Shown one piece after another: positions 8,373 to 12,413 of a stretch of DNA of 12,413 bases. Each line of letters begins with the position of its first letter. Position 1 is the stretch's first letter. A model generated the notes under the pieces. It was not told the DNA's origin and did not search any database. It was given only the letters and a program-made list of their open reading frames with translations. Both the position numbers and the translations under genes were made by a program. This DNA comes from Chlamydiae bacterium RIFCSPHIGHO2_12_FULL_49_11. GTDB lineage: Bacteria; Chlamydiota; Chlamydiia; Chlamydiales; 2-12-FULL-49-11. The DNA lies in the NCBI GenBank assembly GCA_001794905.1, contig MGLW01000052.1, positions 4,046 through 16,458 on the forward strand, read 5' to 3'.

Positions 8373-9651
8373 AAAAACCGTTAGTCACTTCGGCAAGGAG
8401 TTGTCGAACAAGAGGATATTTTTGATTTGGAAAATAGGTTGTCCGTAATTTGGCAAGTTCGCTCCGGTATTTATCAGTCTGACTTCCGAGCTGGCCCCTC
8501 AGATTTTCCTTGGCTTGAAGGTATTTTACCCGATCGGTAACCCCTTTTTGTTTGTAGGCAAGGTCTAACATGTGCGTCAAAACAAAATAGTGGCGCTCTT
8601 CCATCTGCCGCTTTTGGAGGATTTCGGGCGGCAGGTTCTGCATTTTTTTGGTTGCGCCAACCTTTTCTAAGGCCGTGATAAACTGCTCGGCCCAAATGTC
8701 CATTTCAGGAGGTAGCACAGGAGATGCTGCCCGCGCATCCTCTGAAGAGCCTGCGGCCGCCTGTTTACCCTCGCTTTCGTGGAAGAACGCTTCGCGAAGA
8801 AGCCCTTCACGACTTGCTTGATTGGTTTGTTGTTTTTTTACATAGTCTAGCAAATGGTGATAGGTTGTTACCATGACGTCCCAGGAAAGAGAAAAGGCCT
8901 TCGGATGGCAGTTAAGAGTTAGTGGAATACGGTAGGGGTAGATATCGATTCCGTTGATTTGTCCTAAACTCGAGGGGTGGCCGATGCGGGAGGCAAACTC
9001 GTCTTCACTGTCTTCGACGTAAACGTGCAAGGCATCATGGAAAAAAGAAGGATCTTTATCCATATCCCGCTTGTCATCCGGACCTCGAGTATAATAGAGA
9101 TGCCGGGCGATATACCGGTACATTTTGATGAGATCAGGCGTGATTTTTTTGCATTTGGCATTGAAATTGACTTTTTTCAGATTTTTCACAAAAATCCGAG
9201 TCATCGCTTCTTGTTCAATGGCGCGGCGGCTGAGTGAAAGGCCGCAGGCTGCCAGCCCACGGGTAATTTGCAGGGCAACGTGGTATCTTTGGCGCGCGGA
9301 ACGGTTTGTACGTATTCGGATAAGCAGCGGATTCAGGAAAAATCTGTGTACGAAAGAAGCTGTCAGCATGGTTCCGAGGTTGATTACGGCGATTGCAACG
9401 GGGAAAGAAAGGGGAATCAGGGGAGGGAGGAAAATCGATCCGAGTGCTGCGAAAACGATGATGGCAACGACGACGACGGCAAAAACAATGATATCCCGGG
9501 CAAAAAGCCGGGTAAAACGATTTTTTTCAGTCAAATAAATTTTTTCATAAACCGCCATTTTTCCCGGGCCGGATGGAGGGGACGACGGGGCAGCCGACGC
9601 CGTCAATACTGCTGCCGGTCGTACAGGTGCCATTGCCGTGGAACTTTCCAT
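8356..9651 (-). CDS. Hypothetical membrane protein with bilobed hydrophobic hairpin; candidate inclusion membrane (Inc-like) protein, 431 aa
   Basis: The ORF track opens at 9705, but ATG 9651 (MESSTAM...) has GGAGG 5 nt upstream and a promoter-like motif. There is a 48-residue uncharged stretch IIVFAVVVVAIIVFAALGSIFLPPLIPLSFPVAIAVINLGTMLTASFV followed by a long hydrophilic C-terminus. The CDS is well supported; the Inc call is inference. Confidence 0.7.
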   Translation of the reverse strand: MESSTAMAPVRPAAVLTASAAPSSPPSGPGKMAVYEKIYLTEKNRFTRLFARDIIVFAVVVVAIIVFAALGSIFLPPLIPLSFPVAIAVINLGTMLTASFVHRFFLNPLLIRIRTNRSARQRYHVALQITRGLAACGLSLSRRAIEQEAMTRIFVKNLKKVNFNAKCKKITPDLIKMYRYIARHLYYTRGPDDKRDMDKDPSFFHDALHVYVEDSEDEFASRIGHPSSLGQINGIDIYPYRIPLTLNCHPKAFSLSWDVMVTTYHHLLDYVKKQQTNQASREGLLREAFFHESEGKQAAAGSSEDARAASPVLPPEMDIWAEQFITALEKVGATKKMQNLPPEILQKRQMEERHYFVLTHMLDLAYKQKGVTDRVKYLQAKENLRGQLGSQTDKYRSELAKLRTTYFPNQKYPLVRQLLAEVTNGFFTSPA

Positions 9652-9672
9652 AAAACCCTCCGATACATTAAC

Positions 9673-9702
9673 ATTATACTGTGGTAAGTTTATACTTTTC
9701 AA
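9673..9702 (-). promoter_or_regulatory. Putative sigma70/sigma66 promoter for the Inc-like gene
   Basis: Minus strand TTGAAA (9702-9697), N18, TATAAT (9678-9673), 21 nt upstream of ATG 9651. The -35 box overlaps the sufE stop codon. Confidence 0.6.
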
Positions 9703-10127
9703 CAAAAAAGGAGCGCTTGCCGGATGAATAAAGGGTAAATCCCTTTTAAACCGAGAGCGCGACCCGGTGAGAGTACAACTAAAAGTTGAATTTCATCCAA
9801 AAAAAAAGGTTTTGTCCGGAGCAGGGTCTCCAGCGTCTCATTTGAATAGATTTCGCACATCAAGGTGGCAAGTCCCAGGGAGATGAGGGCCTCGCTATAG
9901 GGGGTAAAATGATGCAGCTCCCCCTCTTTCCGGCACTCGATGTAAAGAATGCTTTGACATGACTTTACCCGGTTTTTTTCGATGCAAATTTCCGGCGGGG
10001 GGCTAGGACGCTTCTTTCCGAGGGAGACGAGAAATTCGTAGACTTCAGCCTTGTCCTTAAAAGAGTTAAATTGATTTTTTACCCTGTCAATTTTTGTTTG
10101 AATCGCGTCCAAAGAAAACCCTTTCAA
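9699..10127 (-). CDS. sufE: SufE/CsdE-family sulfur acceptor protein (Fe-S assembly)
   Basis: YEFLVSLGKK, NRVKSCQS (acceptor Cys motif, cf. V.GCQS), SEALISLGL and LSPGRALGL match the SufE pattern; about 140 aa. The TTG start is uncertain (10127 or 10112). Confidence 0.85.
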   Translation of the reverse strand: MKGFSLDAIQTKIDRVKNQFNSFKDKAEVYEFLVSLGKKRPSPPPEICIEKNRVKSCQSILYIECRKEGELHHFTPYSEALISLGLATLMCEIYSNETLETLLRTKPFFLDEIQLLVVLSPGRALGLKGIYPLFIRQALLFC

Positions 10128-10150
10128 AACTTTGTGTTATCGGCTATTAT
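10122..10150 (+). promoter_or_regulatory. Putative promoter for infA
   Basis: TTTCAA (10122-10127), N17, TATTAT (10145-10150); weak -35 match. Confidence 0.3.
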
Positions 10151-10177
10151 CTTACGACGACTCTTGTTAGAGTTCAA
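10149..10177 (-). promoter_or_regulatory. Putative promoter for sufE
   Basis: Minus strand TTGAAC (10177-10172), N17, TAAGAT (10154-10149). Confidence 0.45.
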
Positions 10178-10194
10178 TGGTAAGGTTTACGCGT

Positions 10195-10416
10195 ATGGCA
10201 AAAAAAGAAGATACGATCGAAGTGGAGGGTGTTATCAAAGAATTACTACCCAATATGACGTTTGTGGTGGAACTGGAAAATGGGGTCCCAATCAAGGCGC
10301 ATTTGTGCGGAAAAATGCGGATGCGCAATATTCGAGTTTTGGTCGGCGACCGCGTCAAAATTGAGATGTCCCCCTATGATTTGAGCAAAGGAAGGATTGT
10401 TTATCGACAACGATAA
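10195..10416 (+). CDS. infA: Translation initiation factor IF-1
   Basis: [30 protein letters not shown]...[33 protein letters not shown]. Start at ATG 10195 fits the family length better than 10177. Confidence 0.98.
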   Translation: MAKKEDTIEVEGVIKELLPNMTFVVELENGVPIKAHLCGKMRMRNIRVLVGDRVKIEMSPYDLSKGRIVYRQR

Positions 10417-10417
10417 C

Positions 10418-10448
10418 AAAAATGCAAAAAGCTAGTTGCATTTTTTTT
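10418..10448 (+). terminator. Weak AT-rich hairpin plus T-run after infA, possible intrinsic terminator
   Basis: AAAAATGCAA (10418-10427), 8-nt loop, TTGCATTTTT (10436-10445), with the T8 run ending at 10448. The stem has only two G-C pairs. Confidence 0.35.
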
Positions 10449-10464
10449 GAAACAAGTGTATGCT
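10436..10464 (+). promoter_or_regulatory. Putative promoter for tRNA-Thr - tuf
   Basis: TTGCAT (10436-10441), N17, TATGCT (10459-10464), with an A-rich tract upstream. Confidence 0.55.
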
Positions 10465-10489
10465 CTTGACAATAAATTTGATTGTCAAG
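10465..10489. repeat. Perfect 9-bp inverted repeat CTTGACAAT-N7-ATTGTCAAG
   Basis: Arms at 10465-10473 and 10481-10489; extendable by ATGC/GCAT with a 1-nt bulge. Confidence 0.8.
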
Positions 10490-10529
10490 GCATGATCGAC
10501 CCCTAGCAGGCAGGATACAAAGGAAATCT

Positions 10530-10601
10530 GCCCGGGTAGCTCAGAGGTAGAGCGTTTGCATGGTAAGCAAGAGGGCGCAGGTTCGATTCCTGTTCTGGGC
10601 A
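10530..10601 (+). tRNA. tRNA-Thr (GGT)
   Basis: Cloverleaf GCCCGGG-TA-GCTC AGAGGTA GAGC-G-TTTGC AT GGT AA GCAAG-AGGGC-GCAGG TTCGATT CCTGT-TCTGGGC-A. CCA not encoded. Confidence 0.96.
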
Positions 10602-10643
10602 AGAAATTAAAGTTAAAAAAAATGACTTTCGGAGGAAATATTA

Positions 10644-11828
10644 ATGGCTAAAGAAGCTTTTAAACGAGACAAACCGCATGTTAACATCGGGACCATCGGT
10701 CACGTCGACCATGGGAAAACTACGCTGACGGCTGCGATCACTAAGGTGCTTTCGACGAAGGGCGGAGCCAAATTCAAAGCCTACGACGAAATCGATAAGG
10801 CCCCGGAAGAAAAAGCGCGCGGGATTACGATCAATACATCCCATGTGGAATACCAGACAGAGAAGAGGCACTATGCCCACGTCGACTGTCCGGGACACGC
10901 GGACTACGTTAAAAACATGATTACCGGTGCGGCCCAAATGGACGGCGCGATCCTTGTCGTGGCAGCGACGGACGGTGCGATGCCCCAAACTAAAGAACAC
11001 ATTCTCCTTGCCAAACAGGTAGGTGTTCCGGCGATCGTCGTCTACATCAACAAGTGTGACATGATCGGTCAAGGGGACGAAGAATTGCTTGACCTCGTAG
11101 AGATGGAACTGGCCGAACTTCTCGAATCGCATGGATATAAAAACACGAAGATCGTGCGCGGTTCGGCTCTCAAAGCCTTGGAAGGAGACCCCAAATATGT
11201 GGCTACCATCGAAGAGCTCATGAATGCGGTCGATGAGTGCATTCCAACTCCGGTGCGCGAAATTGACAAACCTTTCCTCATGCCTATCGAAGACGTCTTT
11301 TCGATCCAGGGTCGAGGAACGGTTGTGACGGGACGTGTAGAGCGCGGTATCGTCAAAGTCGGCAACAAGATCGAGCTCGTTGGCTTGCGCGAAACACGCG
11401 AAACGGTGGCGACCGGTCTGGAAATGTTCAACAAGATTTTGGACGAGGCGCGCGCCGGGGAGAACGTCGGCATCCTGCTTCGCGGTATTGATAAAAAAGA
11501 TGTTGAGCGCGGAATGGTTTTGGCTGATCCGGGCACGTGCAATCCCCATACCCGCTTTGCGGCAAGCGTCTACGTTTTGACAAAAGATGAAGGCGGACGG
11601 CATAAACCTTTCTTTAAAGGATACCGGCCACAGTTTTATCTCAGAACGACTGACGTTACCGGGACGGTGGAACTTCCTGCCGGAGTGGAAATGGTTATGC
11701 CGGGCGATAATATCGAGATCACGGCCGAACTCATTTCTCCCGTTGCGATGGAAGAAGGGATGCGTTTTGCGATTCGCGAGGGTGGCAGGACGATTGGAGC
11801 GGGAACCATCTCGAAGATATTGAAATAA
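10644..11828 (+). CDS. tuf: Elongation factor Tu
   Basis: [38 protein letters not shown] and SAL motifs; 394 aa; GGAGG at 10631-10635. Confidence 0.99.
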   Translation: MAKEAFKRDKPHVNIGTIGHVDHGKTTLTAAITKVLSTKGGAKFKAYDEIDKAPEEKARGITINTSHVEYQTEKRHYAHVDCPGHADYVKNMITGAAQMDGAILVVAATDGAMPQTKEHILLAKQVGVPAIVVYINKCDMIGQGDEELLDLVEMELAELLESHGYKNTKIVRGSALKALEGDPKYVATIEELMNAVDECIPTPVREIDKPFLMPIEDVFSIQGRGTVVTGRVERGIVKVGNKIELVGLRETRETVATGLEMFNKILDEARAGENVGILLRGIDKKDVERGMVLADPGTCNPHTRFAASVYVLTKDEGGRHKPFFKGYRPQFYLRTTDVTGTVELPAGVEMVMPGDNIEITAELISPVAMEEGMRFAIREGGRTIGAGTISKILK

Positions 11829-11840
11829 TTGGAAAACAAG

Positions 11841-11869
11841 AAAAGGCTGCCGGAGTGGGCAGCCTTTTT
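11841..11869 (+). terminator. Intrinsic terminator-like hairpin after tuf
   Basis: AAAAGGCTGCC-GGAGTG-GGCAGCCTTTT(T): 11-bp perfect stem, 6-nt loop, T5 tail. Confidence 0.8.
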
Positions 11870-11883
11870 GTGCTGATACGTAT

Positions 11884-11956
11884 GGGTGTGTAGCTCAGCT
11901 GGTAGAGCTGCGGTCTCCAAAGCCGCCGGTCGGGGGTTCGAATCCCTCCGCACTCG
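11884..11956 (+). tRNA. tRNA-Trp (CCA)
   Basis: Cloverleaf GGGTGTG-TA-GCTC AGCTGGTA GAGC-T-GCGGT CT CCA AA GCCGC-CGGTC-GGGGG TTCGAAT CCCTC-CGCACTC-G. Anticodon at 11917-11919, discriminator G73, CCA end not encoded. Confidence 0.96.
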
Positions 11957-11972
11957 AAGGGCAAAGGTATTT

Positions 11973-12221
11973 ATGATCACTTCAATAGAGACCGATACGC
12001 CTAAGAAGGCAAGGAAAAAAATGAACGTGTTTTCCTATATTTCGGGATTTAAAGGCGAAGTTCGAAAAATTTCGTGGACGGAAAGAAAAGAGCTTTGGAA
12101 ACTAACCCGAATTGTGTTACTATCCATGTTCGTTTTCGGCTTCTCGGTCTATCTCGTGGATATCTTATTCAGAGAGGCGCTGTTAGGTGTAATGAATTTG
12201 TTAGGGAAAATTTTTGGATAA
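11973..12221 (+). CDS. secE: Preprotein translocase subunit SecE (single TM type, 82 aa)
   Basis: GFKGEVRKISWTERKEL motif followed by one TM segment and VD. Lies between tRNA-Trp and nusG. The ORF-track start at 11886 is inside the tRNA, so ATG 11973 is used. Confidence 0.93.
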   Translation: MITSIETDTPKKARKKMNVFSYISGFKGEVRKISWTERKELWKLTRIVLLSMFVFGFSVYLVDILFREALLGVMNLLGKIFG

Positions 12222-12243
12222 GAGTGGACAAGGGATGATGGCG

Positions 12244-12413
12244 ATGCATCAATGGTATGTACTACAGGTTTTATCAGGTCACGAGCGGAAAGTGAAGAAA
12301 ACGATCGAGGAAAACGTGGCCAAAGCAAAGATGCAAGACCTAGTCGGTGAAGTACTTATCCCGACGGAAAAGGTTGCTGAAATCAAGGGTGGAGAAAAGA
12401 AAATTCGAGATAA
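12244..12413 (+). CDS. nusG: Transcription termination/antitermination factor NusG (5' part, runs off the window)
   Basis: Manual translation MHQWYVLQVLSGHERKVKKTIEENVAKAKMQDLVGEVLIPTEKVAEIKGGEKKIRD. The final TAA of the window is out of frame. Alternative in-frame ATGs at 12235 and 12238. Confidence 0.95.
   Translation, partial: MHQWYVLQVLSGHERKVKKTIEENVAKAKMQDLVGEVLIPTEKVAEIKGGEKKIRD

Noticed and set aside
9799..9807. A9 homopolymer in sufE as a phase-variation tract
   Set aside because: It is in frame (PFFL) in a housekeeping gene, and A/T runs are common across the window.
10641..11603. 320-aa antisense ORF opposite tuf
   Set aside because: Typical antisense shadow of a codon-biased, highly expressed gene.
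11884..11956. tRNA-Trp as a UGA read-through variant (U31-G39 wobble)
   Set aside because: The anticodon is CCA, G24 is standard, the 27-43 pair is intact, and TGA serves as a normal stop for sufE and the Inc-like gene.
11886..11972. N-terminal extension of SecE in the ORF track
   Set aside because: It runs through the tRNA-Trp gene; ATG 11973 gives a normal-length SecE.

Overview
Probably from a member of the Chlamydiae, likely an environmental lineage. This is inferred from the EF-Tu sequence ([21 protein letters not shown], with the chlamydial-type short insert) and the gene order infA - tRNA-Thr(GGT) - tuf - tRNA-Trp(CCA) - secE - nusG. The left 7 kb holds two tandem, paralogous minus-strand proteins with passenger-associated transport repeats (PATR). 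One is a complete 1177-aa type Va autotransporter (3552-7085). The other is missing from the ORF track: it starts at 3510, stays open to base 1 (at least 1170 codons) and contains about 9 tandem 94-95-aa repeats with patchwork nucleotide identity between units. I saw no Pmp-type GGA(I/L/V) repeats in either. The middle holds a TyrP/Mtr-family aromatic amino acid permease, an Inc-like protein (bilobed hydrophobic hairpin, Ser/Pro/Ala-rich N-terminus) and a SufE-like gene. The right end is the conserved translation/secretion cluster. The best leads are the non-Pmp autotransporter pair with its mosaic repeat array and the candidate inclusion-membrane effector. I found no mobile element, CRISPR array or defence system.
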